A stretch of DNA of 64,000 nucleotides from Utricularia gibba (lineage: Eukaryota > Plantae > Magnoliophyta). The position numbers were made by a program, and so were the translations under genes. The notes below the pieces were generated by a model. The model was given only the letters and a program-made list of their open reading frames with translations, ran no database searches and was not told the origin of the DNA. Shown piece after piece: positions 12,972 to 26,379 of this stretch. Where the stretch lies: NCBI GenBank assembly GCA_002189035.1, contig NEEC01000008.1:1984001-2048000 (forward strand), given 5' to 3'. Each line of letters begins with the position of its first letter. The first letter of the stretch is position 1.

Positions 12972-14262
12972 ATGGCTGTTGGGTGCGCTAAAATCCTGCT
13001 GCCATTTACAGACGTGAGCTTTATTTCAAAGGGGAATGCATTTCCATGGCGGTTTGGGTCTAGTGTTCCTAGCGGGCAGCCGAAGCTCTGTATTTCTGCA
13101 CTGTCTGTTGGTGATGGCAATCTCATGAAGAAGAAAGGGGAAGCCCCTACTTCAAACTATGTAGTTCCTTTGGACAAGGCATCATGTCTCACACGTCCTT
13201 TAGCTGAGATTTTCCGTGACCTGAATAAAAGAATTCCTGATAACATAATCAAGTCTCGAGATGATGAACCCACATTCATCCCATGGTTAAGAGACTACTT
13301 TTTGCATATTTTCTGCGTTTGCTTTGAAAATCGCAGCTTATGTGATGTTATCTTTATCCACCATCTTCAACCAGGTACCAAGCAAACCGTATGCTGAGCT
13401 TTTACGCCCCAGGTTCTTCAATCCTGCCTCCTCATATTATTAGCCCTTTGTACCGTGGTTCTTGATTCTTATTTGAGTTCATGTTATCAAATTATGCTCA
13501 TAATGGAAATAGTCTGTAGAGATGAACAGTAGCAGACTACTTTTACATTTGATGGAAAAAAAACAAGACGGAGCTTAGAATCTGCATATTCTGCGATATC
13601 TCAGCTTCAAGATAAAATTCTTTATAAGCTCATTGAGTTGTATATTGTCCCACATTGCATTTTCAGATGCTCTCTGATAAAATAGTTGGGGGTTCACTGA
13701 AATATAAGAAACTCTCAGCTGCAATCTATTCCTTTTTTGTGTAGGTTGGTGTGGAGAAATCCGTGATGTTATTTTTTCAGAGAATTCCTATGTCACTGTT
13801 GTGTATAGGCTCACAATACGTGGTTCTGATGGAGAGGTGCGCCACTTAAACCTTTCTGTTGTGTGCATCCCCTCATTAGGTTGTTTTAGCACTTTAATCA
13901 TTTCTGCATGACAAATGATTTGGTTTCCTTTAGCATTTGCATTTCCCTGCCATTTTTCAGCCTTTATAATTTGGTTTGAAGGCCAAAGTCTTTGAACACT
14001 TTCAGTGACTATCTGTTTTTTGGCCAAAAATATGTGCAACTTTTGTTTTATCTTCTACGGTAAATAGCCTTTCATGTTGTATGGTAAGCCGCAACACCAA
14101 TGATGGTGGTCGATGCCACTGCAGGCACATCGTGAATCAACTGGGACGGTGTCGACCGCGGATGATAACATCGCTGATCCAGTTGCTGCTGCCGAGCAAA
14201 TTGCGTTTTGCAGAGCATGTGCGCGCTTCGGGCTGGGCTTGTATCTCTACCATGAAGATTAG
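12972..14262 (+). CDS. RAD52-2: DNA repair RAD52-like protein 2 (plastid-type), 4 exons (12972-13285, 13375-13412, 13745-13836, 14125-14262)
   Basis: Transit-peptide-like N-terminus, then NYVVPLD...TRPLAEIFRDLNKRIPDNII...FIPW|YQANRMLSFYAPG|WCGEIRDVIF...VVYRLTIRGSDGE|AHRESTGTV...AFCRACARFGLGLYLYHED*. Confidence 0.93.
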
Positions 14263-14635
14263 AGCATCCCCATAATAACTGTCTTGTAGTTGAGGTGAGC
14301 CCTGCCATGTTTTTCTGTACCATGACCTGTTGTTGCTACTCAGTATATGCATATTCTGGTGTCATCTGAAGTGGAAGCATTACTAAGATTATACACTGAA
14401 ATTGGTTGTGTTTATTAGTAAAATCAGTTCAAAATAACCGAAACAGGCTGACCACTTATGTAGCCACAGACATGATATAGATTTAATCCATATGATGTAC
14501 GGCTATTGTTGGAGCAGAAGAGAATGTGCCCAAAGTTCTTAAGAAGTGGAATCCATGGACTTGTTTATTGCCTTAAAAAAGTGGGTAATACAAAGTTACT
14601 GAAAAACATCAAGCAAGAGCAGAGAGGACGTTTTC

Positions 14636-17109
14636 TCATCCCCTGATCTGCGTGTCTCTTATGAAATAAATTATTACCCCTAGAACGATGGAAACAACAA
14701 CAATCAGGATAGCTGGAACAGGATTGATGTCAGCAGATTTATTAGATCTTGCATCCCCAGCTTTCCTAATTTTTGAGGCTGACGTTTCTTGATTGGCAGT
14801 TCCGTTTTCTGATACAACTTCCCAGAAATCTTTAGCGGTTGATGCAAGAGCGACTGGGGCTTCAACTTCAGGCTCTAGAATTTCTGATGAATCGTTTGGG
14901 AGCTCGATTGACATCAGTTCAGAACAGTGATCCTTGAGAACCTGAAATGAGGATGTATTTCATTAATCATTTAAGAGCAAAAGCTAACGTCTTCATTTTC
15001 CTAGTCATGTGGGATCTTGCGCTAAATGCTAATTCCTTACTACATGAGTCGATATTGCTACTTCAAAAAGGAAAACAAGGCCAGAATGGGACCTCTGTAG
15101 TCTCTGATGACTGGATATAGTCACATATATATGCACCCTCCAGCCATGGTATGAACACCCTACGAGGCAATGCCAAACAAAGCCATTTCCTGAAAATGAT
15201 TCAGCAGTCACCATCAGTTGAAAATGCACAAAAGGAGCTCATATTTCTCGAGGCTACGTTACTATTACCTTTTAAGTTGATTGTCCACAGCCCCTGGATT
15301 AGTAACAGATTTGCTAGATGTTTTAGACGACGCTGTTTCTGGATCATCGTATGTAGGCATTTCTAAGTGACTGACACCCTCATCTTGGAGTATACCCAGC
15401 CTGCTCTGCAAACTTCTTATGATGTCCTCCTGTTGACGAAGACAGTAGGATAAGTTCAGTGGCGGATGCAATGCATAGCTTAGATGACTATTTAAGAGGC
15501 CATAAAAGATAAATCAAGTTTGTATCACGTTTCAAACATAATCTTGAATACCTTTATATCGACCAGAGCTTGTGAAACAGGTTCCTTTGAATTCAAGTAG
15601 GACAGCGAACACACGGAGCCCTTAAAGTGAAAAACACCAAGAACCTTCTTCTGGAGACAGGCTTCCAACAGAAAGGTACTTTAAACAGAGGCTAAGAGTC
15701 AGTCAAATGACCACTGAGAGAACATATAAGCCATAAATACCTTCCAAATAGTGATCTTGAAAGAGCGGAGCCAGAAAATCAACTTCATGAAAATCATCTG
15801 ATATACAAACATCATCCTCAGTAACCTAGACCGAAAACAGGAAAAAATGCAGCTCAAAATTCTATCTACACCGAGTGTACAAAGAAATTACGAACATAAA
15901 TTGGAGGGCTTACCAATTTACCATCAATGGCTGTCTTCACATTGTCGAGTTCCTTAGTATGGTAAACAATTACATCCTGTAAAATATCAGAAATTTTTTC
16001 TTTTCTCTTTCTGTCCTCATGAAGAATGGGCAGCCTGTTGGGATTACAAGGAAGCATCGTGCAAAATAACAAATCAGTATCACATAAGCTATTAGTTACA
16101 TTAGGCGTTTCAAGGGCAGGACTAAAATCACATAATACAAGAAATTAAACAATGACACCTAATCACCAAACAAGCACAGGGAGTTCAGAAGAGCAGCAGC
16201 AGGATTACCTTACATCAAAATTGTAAGTGCATCGGAAGGTCTGCAGAGAACCAAAGACTCTACCCATCTTAAAATCACATGGGCGTAGAGTACTCGATGA
16301 AACATTAGAGGTAAGGGTGCAACTTCGGCATGACCACCTGAAGATTAGGTAACATTAATTTAACGAAATGCAAATAATAAGATTAAATTTTTTAAAGCGG
16401 TGGATACCTCAAGGGGCTGTAACTAATATGTAAAATCAGTCTATTATTACAATCAAAGATTGGAGATGCTCCCTCTGCAACTCCAAGGACCGTCTGTAAG
16501 AAAATCCTGAAAAATTAAAAAAAACACAGAAAAATGATTTGGAGGTTTTATTCGTGAAGCTGACCTGGCATAATGTCAATGACGAACTCTTGAAGAGGTT
16601 TTCATTCACCCATATGTAGATCCCAATCACCTTCATGCCACCAGGTAACATTCTGGAAACCTGAATCAAGATTTTCATAACAGCATGATTTCAGGTTACC
16701 AATACACGCAAAATGCAAAAAATGCCATACCTGACGAGCATGTTCGGAGACCCAATCACTGTCAACGAAGAGAGCAGAAGAATCAGGCTGAGATTTGGCT
16801 TTAGATGAACTCCTTTTACTTCTACTATTTTCACCTGCCCCATCGATCAAGGAACACGGTGGCTCCCCGGCATCATTAAGAGGCGTTGGGATCAAATCGT
16901 AAACGAAACCTCTATCCAACTTCCGACTCAGTTTCCCAATCACAAGACCAACCTAAAAAATCACACATATCCATCATTTTAGTTGTCCCAATCCCAATTC
17001 ACGATTGAATATGATTTCAGTCGCAAACCTCAGATCCGAGGGACGACTCCAGAAGCCGACTTTCGATCAATTTGAGTCGAGACTCATCCCCAATTACGGC
17101 TCTCACCAT
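14636..17109 (-). CDS. ODR4: Protein odr-4 homolog (tail-anchored, MPN-like fold), multi-exon
   Basis: MVRAVIGDESRL...SE|VGLVIGKLSRKLDRGFVYDLIPTPLNDAGEP...DSDWVSEHARQ|VSRMLPGGMKVIGIYIW / LHISYSPLRWSCRSC...LRPCDFKMGRV. C-terminal transmembrane segment ILIVVVSIVLGVIIYF. Confidence 0.9.
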
Positions 17110-17305
17110 GTCTTTCCAGCCCTAATTTCTCTTCGCGATTTCTCTGTCAGTACCGAGTATATAGCAGTTATGTTACCGTTGCAACTTCCAATGCCCTAAA
17201 ATCCCTAATCTCATTCACCAATTACCGGACATAATTCATTTTTTTTTTTAATAAAATATTCTGATTCAGTAACACTTTACATGATCCACATGCAGAAAGC
17301 ACAGG

Positions 17306-20300
17306 CTAAGTGCTGGAAGGAGCTTCCATTCGGATGTAATCGTACATGAGACCTTGAAAAGGGCTCTGGTTTCTGGGCTGTGTCAAGTACACCACATTCT
17401 CCCCTGCATCAATACACCAGCTTGTACGCTTATGTTGTAGAGCCAATACAGCCCATGAATCCCATGTCTTGCGATCGAGTTATCTCTCCCGATCAACCCA
17501 CTCGAAAACATCGGCCGACTTCTGGTATCCATATTGTTGACACGAATCTGGGGATGCCAAACAACGATTCTTTTAATGTGGGATCAGGGAAGCTTATTTG
17601 CAGTGTTTGGAGTGAAGGGGAGGAGATGAATCGTCACCTGAAGCTCAGCTAGAGTTGCAGATGCGAGCGCCACCCGCAGGGTGTAGGCGCCAGCCTGATC
17701 GACCGAGCTGAGAGTGAACTTGATCTGCCATGTGGTTCCTTCCAGTGTGTTGTCTGCTTTTTTCCTGTGATTCGTCATGGAAGCAAGGGTTGGTGTTGCT
17801 TGAAAATGTGGTTTAGTTTTCATAAGATATTGCCTACCTGTTGACTTGTGCAAAGAACCAATCTTTGCTGTAATCACTCTCACCAATTGTGAAAACCAAG
17901 TCTTGATCAGGGTACAATTCTGAGTACCTATCCCACAATCCATATTGCCTGAACCTGCTCGTTCTTCAAATCAAGCTGTTATCATCCCTTAACAAAAGGG
18001 GGATTTCGGAAAAAAAAGCAAGGCCAGGAGAAGGCTAACCTCTCCATGGAAAGTTTGTTAACGAGGTTGGGATCAGGATCAGGTATGTAGAATTCTGCAG
18101 CAGTGCGATCAGGAACTCCGATTTCCCATACTGTTGAGCCATTTCTAGGAGGGTGATATATCATCTCACCAATATCAATTTTACAACCTATTCAAGAATT
18201 ATCTGACAGGGATTAGCATGTGTGGGGCGACTATATATCACAAGATCTCATTTGTAATGTAACCTGCGGTTATGGTGATGGTAAGTTCACTTTTGTAATC
18301 CCCTATGAACCCAGGAACCCATGCATAGAGATTGTAGGTACCATTACGAATGTTTTGTATTGAAAAACAGCCCAAGTCATCTGCTGTTGCCCAGAATTGG
18401 TAATCCTGATAGATTCAGCATGATGCATTAGTTTGGCAGAATGAAGGGATTAACTGGATGCAGAAAAAACATATGGAAAGCCAATATGGCACCTTGCACT
18501 CTCTTTGCCAAGATCCAACATCGCCTGGAGGACAAACTCCAACATATGCACCACTTGCTGCAATGAGGTTGCTGCTGATACACCTATGAAGAGGATTGGA
18601 GAATATCACTCTCCCTATAAGGTGGAGTTTGTAAACGACAATAGAATTCATGGCATTCATACTTGTCGGATACAAGTAGTGTACCACTTACACTACCCCT
18701 TTGATCGGCCGAGTGGAAATCCTCTGAGGCTGGAAAATCATACGGCCAGCTTTGCACTTCAACCAGCATCTGAAAGAGTCAAGAAAAGGTACTGTTTAAA
18801 CGTTCATATGGCATTTACGTTTTCAAGCAAATCCATTTGTTCTGGTTGTTGTGCACAGTCCTAGGCTACCAAACCTGTCTTTTTGCATCATCCCATAAGT
18901 TTAAGGAATCGTTTTCTGTCATCTCAGAGTTGACATATATGAAAACTGGGCCAAAAACTTTTTTCCATGCTTCACCCTGAGCAAATTTTGGAATCAGGTC
19001 ATCTCCAGCATAGTGACCACTAAGAAAAACCTGAGCACAGAGCCATGAGTTTTCATTTATGAACAACATACATCGTGAAGCAAGATATGCATCTTACAGA
19101 GAGGGATGTAGGTCCAACATGGGAGGTGAGGTTTTGTTTGTGGGGCCTCCAGATCGGAACTCATAACTGGGTGTTATTTGCCAGAATCCCACTGGCGGAT
19201 TCGTAGAAATCCACCCATGGACCTTGATATCTTTGTTATCACAAGAGTACTGGTACTTATCATCTACCTACAAAAATTTCGATGATCTACAATATAACAG
19301 ATGACTCCCACATCCATGGGAGAAATTCTTTTAAACAACTGATTTAGAACTGACTTCTCCTTTGAGCAGAGGATTCAAGGGATTAATGAGAACAACCGCC
19401 TCCTGATAGGCCAGAGCTTGGGACCGCCCAGGCATTCTGTCATCTGGAAAGGGCATAATCCTCTGCCTACTGTCATCGATAGCCATATACTGAAACCTGC
19501 ATGTTTTGTTGCATTGGCATTAATCTCTGTTATCCTTTAACCAATCACGAAAAGAAGCAAATAAAAAAATCATCCTTCCAATCATGTCATATATACACAA
19601 ACTCTCATCTATGTGGGCATGTCTTGAGGTGAATCATCTCAGCAATTACTTCAACTCTACCATAACAGTATTCATGAATGTAAATGTAACAAGATATTCA
19701 ATCACAAGAGAATAGCAAAAACTATACTTGTCTTTCCGAAGCTTGAATGCAATCCTTGTTTCACCAAGGCTGAAAGCAGGCCAATCAGCTGAACCTACAT
19801 GTTCATATATTGCATAGGCATAGAAACCCGAGCAGCCACGGAGAAGAATATACCTATAAGGAAATCCTATTACACCCCATAAATGAACATTTCTAATCAA
19901 CGGACCTCATATGAAAAGAGCACCTTTTGTCAATATTCAAGGGAACCAACTTGCCAGCCAGAGAGGGGTCCCATGGTCTATAAAAAGATACTTCTATTTG
20001 GTCCTCAGTCTCCTTGACAACACTGAAGTATGCTGCTTTGATCCTGAAATGGGATTAGAGAGGTTGATGAGATTGGTGCACCGTTCATTCTCAGAATCAA
20101 CGTAGAATACATAATGTGAACTTACACTTCAAATGTTCCAGTTTTGCTGCTTCCATCCAAAGAATTCCAGACAACATCCCAGTACCTAAGCGAAGTTCCA
20201 AACATTAAGCCTTTTATTCATGAACCTTAAAAGTCTTCTCTAGTTTTCATTACTATTCACCAATCTACCACAGCATCTATTGATTGTAAGAGAACAGAAA

Positions 20301-20611
20301 TGGGTGTGAAAGTGAATTAACATTGGCCAACCAGGCCGATAATCACCCTCTGTTACCCTCATGGTTCAGTATTTCAAGTAAATTGTCAACCCCGTTGAAA
20401 CTGACTCCCGTAACATTTCCATCTGGATTTGACAGTGTGACTTGAAGAATGCCGTTGTCCAATACTACCTGCAAATCATTGTTATAAAATCGAATAAGAA
20501 GTCTGGAGACATGCATCAAAGTCAAAGTATCATACAGTGTTGCATAACGGAGAAACTCCATTTGCTTACATGACGATCACTGACGTATAACCGAACTCCA
20601 GTCTCTGACAT
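17306..20611 (-). CDS. Rhamnogalacturonan lyase (polysaccharide lyase family 4), about 14 exons; two 1-nt frameshifts in the assembly; may have a further upstream exon
   Basis: [14 protein letters not shown]|[17 protein letters not shown]...NRG|YWDVVW / [15 protein letters not shown] / [20 protein letters not shown] / [14 protein letters not shown] / [18 protein letters not shown] / DWFFAQV / [17 protein letters not shown] / [10 protein letters not shown]. Frame breaks at 19142-19145 and 17401-17404. Confidence 0.92.
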
Positions 20612-21885
20612 TTTACCGGTGACTGCAGAGAAAACTCCACTTCTCAGCAGAAGTATCAAATATGTTAGATAAAAAACTTTTCTCCTGGTGATGAAACAGG
20701 GATCTGATAACTAAAAAAAAAGAAAACGGGAAGATTATTTTAACGGCAAGAAAGCTTGAGGAACCCGCACCATTTCCCGGAAGCAAGGTTAACGATGTGC
20801 ATGCTTTGGCTTCACAAAAAAGAACAAGATAACGCCTGATTAACTTTCACTTCTACATACGTGGGATTGCACTAAAACGACAAGTACTTGCACATGTATG
20901 GCGATTCGGTTGGACACAATACAACAAGGGAATTTGCATGCAAATAAATACAAAGTGTTCGCCTTTCTTGTCGATTATTGCTTCCGAAATCTACCTGCAG
21001 TATCAGAATTCCCAGAAGAACAACTCCCAATCTTTAAATTTACAGCTTTCTTTAATTTCCCAATACCACGCCTCCACATTCTCCTCATTCTTTGCAATCG
21101 CTTATCGGGTAAAAAGAAGAAAGACAGAGACGAATCAGATGGTGACTAATTGGAAAATCGTAGACATGGGTTGCCTCCATTTCAATTCCAAGTACGCGTC
21201 TGCAAGCCTTTGCTTTCTACAAATCCACAAACCCAGCACATCAAAACGATCTCCCGGGAAAAGGTCGTTGCTGCTTCCCATCCCCAACAGCCACCGACCT
21301 CCGTGTTAAAAAACTGTAAAATTACCTCCCCGTTACCATATAATAAAATTAATCCGCAAAACATTACTGTTCATTTCACTATTTAAATTCAATTTTGCCA
21401 AAATCTATCTCAACTATTTATAATTTTGAAATTATTAATTTCCCAAATAATAATTTTCATTGTTGGTACAAATTCCTTACCAAAAAAATTTTACTACTAT
21501 TTTCCATATGTTTCTATAATATCAGATAATTTTTGATTGATGGTAATGAGATAAAATGAGTTTAATTTATTTGGATTTAAATAAAGTTGATACATTGAAA
21601 TTAATTTTCTAAGTAATATTTAATTATTGGGATTAAAAATAGAATTAAATGATATTAAGTAAAATAAGGGAGAGACATAATTTTATATAAATTCATGAAT
21701 ATGGAAATAAAAAAAAATCCTGTGTAATTACGTACTTTTTTAAACCTGTAAATTAAATATTTTATAATTTATAATCCTACTCTTAAACTCATATAATCTT
21801 TTAAACCAAACATATCTTAGTATTTATTTTGTGAACATTTTTTCTTGATAAACTTGACTTCTGAAATCAAAACAGGATCCAGTTA

Positions 21886-21916
21886 TGGGCCTTAATGGGC
21901 CTCTTAGTTATGGGCT
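21886..21916. promoter_or_regulatory. Three tandem site II (TGGGCY) motifs
   Basis: TGGGCC at 21886 and 21896, TGGGCT at 21911, in an AT-rich spacer about 1.3 kb upstream of the RG-lyase ATG. Confidence 0.35.
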
Positions 21917-23317
21917 TAAATACTTCTTTAGCGGTCCAATTTGATACTTCTGGTAACAAAATAAATGCACGCATAATAATTAATAATTATGCTCTTTTAC
22001 CCAAAACGAATGATTGTTAAAAAAAAGGAAAGAATAAATAATCCTTATATATAATAAAGGTTTTGTGATATTATTCAACTAATGAGATATTTCATTTACT
22101 TATTTTTAAATAAATAAATATTATATATTAAAATTGAAACTGTATTCTATATAGATTTTATAATTAGTATTTAAAATAAAATTACGTTAGTAAATAAAAA
22201 AAATCACTTAATTGAGAAAATTGAAGTAAAAATAGAGTTTTCAAATCCAAATATTTTTAAATTTTGTGTATATTAAATAGCATGTTTATTAACACACTGG
22301 TTAGCAAATTAGGGAGTTTTTTTATTTAAATATAATAGTTATAAAATGAGGAAGCAAACCATTAATGACTATTAAACGCCACGCGGCTGAGGGTGATGCA
22401 GCCACGTTTCCCAAAAAAGAAAGGAGCGACGCACGGCATCCTGTTTGTATATAAATATTTCTTTTTTTTTTAATAAAGAGATCGGGAACTTTTTTTCCTT
22501 TTCCGGTTTCAATTATCACAATCTTATTTAATTACTATAATGACACTGAATAATTGACACCGTGCCTGTCATCTCTTACCCTAATAATAATAATTAATAA
22601 ATTGTTTGCATTTCCAACATGCCATGTAACGTCCAAACTCTCATCTCATGTAGTTGCAAATATGTGGAGTTATCAAAAATCGAATACATTCATATTGAAT
22701 GATTATTTTAAATTTTTAATGATACAATATTGTTTCATTATCTTTTTAAAAAAAAATAGAATGGAATGTATGGTCGCTTTCAATTATATGTCAATTTTGG
22801 GGGCAAGGTGTTACATCCCCCAACATGTTGTTACTTGCTTATTTTTGGTATTATAAAAATTAGATGGGTAATTGGAGTGGAGTGGGAGAAGGTCATGTTG
22901 TTGCAAGGGACATGCCCGTTGGTGTGGTCTGCCAACCAACAAGCTAGAGGGTAATAACTGAGCAGCTATGTCTCATTGAAGTCCACGGGTGAGAACAACA
23001 CGCGCATGTGATCCATAATAGAGACTGTACTCTTGTCAGTTGTCAGTGATATCTAGGGACTCACTGCTGCTTCTCAATTTTAATTGGATTCCCAGCACAC
23101 TCACCATATGTCTATAAATAGAAATACTAAGTATTCACTAATTCACACTCTCCCACAATATAATGTCATTGTAAAATGAAAAAAATTCAAATAAATAATG
23201 ACAATTACTGAATAAATAAATAGTGATCATGATGATTCATGTCATCTACAGTATACCATTTCGAAGTTTAATCCCGAGCTAATTGCATTAGTCCATTATG
23301 TTTGAAAGATAATATTA

Positions 23318-23637
23318 GGTTACGTTTGATTAGTGGAATAAATAGTGATAATTAAATGATATATCATTATTAGGTGTTTGTTTATGAATAATAAATTAAT
23401 TATTAATTAATGTATGAATTTTTTATCACACGAAAACCCAAAAATACCATAAATGGTCTTTGTTTTTTTTTTGTGGAAAACCCAATTCAGAAAAATAGAA
23501 ATATTTTCATCATTTTAATTATACAAACAATTATCATATCCTAATTATTACAATATAAATCAAACACATCTAATCCTAATCCACTATTTTACTTAATTTT
23601 ATCTTGGGATAACTTATTCCACCAACCAAACGGACCC
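23318..23637. mobile_element. Tourist-like (PIF/Harbinger) MITE, 320 bp
   Basis: Left end GGTTACGTTTGATTAGTGGAATAA versus reverse complement of right end GGGTCCGTTTGGTTGGTGGAATAA (20/24 identical). TTA target-site duplication at 23315-23317 and 23638-23640. AT-rich non-coding interior. Confidence 0.8.
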
Positions 23638-24079
23638 TTATATTAGTTTGTAACAGTGCTATAAAGTGGTCAAAACGATCGGAATGATACGATTTGGGAC
23701 TTCAGTTTTTGATGTGATGGTGATTTTTTGGTTTTCAGAACATGCGAGTGTGATAGAATGACATAAAATTAATGTGTGATTGAGTAGTTTTTGATATTTT
23801 TATTTGAATTGGAAAGGGGGATTGGAGGTGGAGGGAGCTTGTAAAGCGCGTGAGGGTAATTGCCAATGGGGCTTGTCTCTCTCTCTCTCATCTGGTTAAT
23901 TAGCCATCCTCCCCTTCCAGTCTGACACTTTCTGACCTAGCTTCCTCCAATTCTCTTCTCCTCCATATACACAAAGGCTGCGTATAAATTCTACCTTGTT
24001 TTCCTCGCGTAGGCCTCGACGACTTGCGGGGATCCGATTTACTACTACGAATCTTTTCTTCTGAAGTTTCTAGAAGAGT

Positions 24080-25555
24080 ATGGCGGCGGCAGCGGCGGGG
24101 CAGTTTGGAGACACGACCTTCACCAAGGTCTTTGTTGGTGGGTTAGCGTGGGAGACGCAGAAGGATACCATGGAGAAGTATTTCGAGCAGTTCGGGGAGA
24201 TCTTGGAGGCTGTAGTCATCACGGACAAGATCACGGGGAGATCTAAAGGCTACGGCTTTGTAAGCTGGGTTTTTCAGTATGCAGCTGTTCTTGTCACGCG
24301 TTGTGATCGGATGCTTTGGATTTCCCTCAGGTGACTTTCCGGGAGGCGGATGCGGCGGCGAGAGCTTGCGTTGATCCGACTCCGGTGATCGACGGTCGGA
24401 GGGCGAACTGTAACCTCGCGTCGCTGGGGGCTCAGAGATCTAAACCCTCATCTCCTGGTAATTTCTTTGTGCGTTCATATCAAACCCGTATTAATTTCGC
24501 ACATAAATCAGCAATAATGATACGGTAAACGTGTTCGGATAACCTTTTATAACGCATCGTTCGTCTGCATTTAATTTCTCTTCTCCTTTTAATCATGTCT
24601 TGGTGGTTGGTTTTTATGGGTTCTTGCGGATCTGGAAATGGTGCGTGATGGGCTGGAAATAAGTGGAATAATAGAATAATTGCAACCAGGAATGTGTGTG
24701 TCTGTGTGGTGTGTGTGTGCATATAGTTGGCAGCAGCATGTGGTGGAGTGTTGTCAAGATGCATGGCAGCTAATCAAATGATTCCTCCTTTTGGTTAAGC
24801 AGCAATCTCTTTACATATTATTGGAGTCTGTGTTCCGAACCCCGGCCCACTGTTATCCAAATAAACCCACCCAACTCCCGACTGGTTGCTGTCTTGTGCT
24901 GTAAACCACGCCCCATGTAGTTTTGAGACCTGTAATGATCTAGGGTTTCGGTATAATCTTTGAATGCTGAACAGCAGGAAGAAACGCAAGGGTTTTGGGA
25001 GGTATTCATCATCGAGGTTTTCCTGTATCATCTCCCACAGCCGCCAACTTCCCAGGCTACTCCATTCAACAAAGGATTCCCTACAGTCCAATGTATGGGT
25101 AGGTTTCCTTCATCTTTCTATTTGTTTTGCAGTAGATCCAGCTTCTGCTTTTTCTAATAAATCTCTTGCAATGTTCTGCAGGTACTCACCATTCTGGGCG
25201 GAATACCCTTGCCCCCAAGTGCGCATGGTAGCACTCTACTATTTTTTCGTCTCAGCATCTGAATCAGTGTTTTAAGGGTTACCTTTTCTTTGCAGGGGTA
25301 CTGTGGGTCGTATGGAGGAGCAAGTGCACAGTACCCAGTTTACGGTCCCGGCAACGGACTCGTTTATTACCCTTTCCATAACGTGGGCGACGGAGCCGCT
25401 GCCGGAGCCGCGGGTTCTTCCCTGATCGGAGCTACGGCGTTTCTTATCACCCTCAACATCTCCTCCAGTACTCGGGTAACACCTTGGCCGCCGCTCGTCC
25501 TTCTCATCGCGACCCGCCGGTGCAGCTTGCATCCTCAATATCCCCGCTTCAATGA
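24080..25555 (+). CDS. Single-RRM RNA-binding protein (RBM24/38-like, plant ARP1-type), 5 exons; one 1-nt frameshift in the assembly
   Basis: [17 protein letters not shown]...[20 protein letters not shown]|VTFRE...[23 protein letters not shown], then a Tyr/Pro/Gly-rich tail. The conserved-looking end [15 protein letters not shown]...ISPLQ* needs one extra G at 25412-25414. Confidence 0.88.
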
Positions 25556-26379
25556 GGTGGTTGTGCCGTGCCATTCATCCCGGAGGGTGGACGGTGGCCT
25601 TTTACGTTTTGTAAAATATTCGTAAGGACATGTTTTGTAATAGCTATTTCTCGCCTTCTGATGTTCAAAGCCTGTCTTGTCGGGGATCGGATCATCTCTT
25701 CCGAAGGGAAGAGGAAATGCATCGGGCTTTTTCCAAAGGTGCTGTATGAGTACTCAAATATTCATATAATATTATATATTGTAATTAAATAAAAAATATA
25801 GTTTGCTTCATTACTAAAATAACACTTAAATACATTATAAAATTTTAATTCAAAAAAATTATTTATTATAAAAAACTATAGAGAAATATATTATTTCATT
25901 TAACTTTTTTTACATTTTTTTATTAAAAAAAGACACAAAGATTTAAAGATTGTTTGATATTAATATGTTAGTATGTTTAAGTATATTATAATTGAAAATG
26001 TATATATTCAATTATATATAATATTTAATATTTGAAAATATAAATATAAGTATGTGAGTATTATACTACTCATATATTCTTTTTTTGAGCATGTAAATAG
26101 TATAATTACATAAAGCGGATATACATATATTATTTAATATAAATTTAGTTACACATCTTATTATATTATATTATCAAATATCATCTTGGATATTTGATGA
26201 AAATAGGGAAGATAAATAGTGAATTATTTGAATTTTTTATAATTTGTAAAACACTGTATACACAAGTTCAGGTTGATTCAAATGGATTGGTTCGAATGGG
26301 CGATAAAACGACCTGGATGCTCGAGACTGTTCTGTATCCCGTACCGCATGGTGCTCTGGGTATTTATCGCACAGCTCTT

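Noticed and set aside
12960-12974. GTG as a non-AUG start for RAD52-2 (MEAVM...)
   Set aside because: A normal ATG lies four codons downstream at 12972; nothing else supports GTG initiation.
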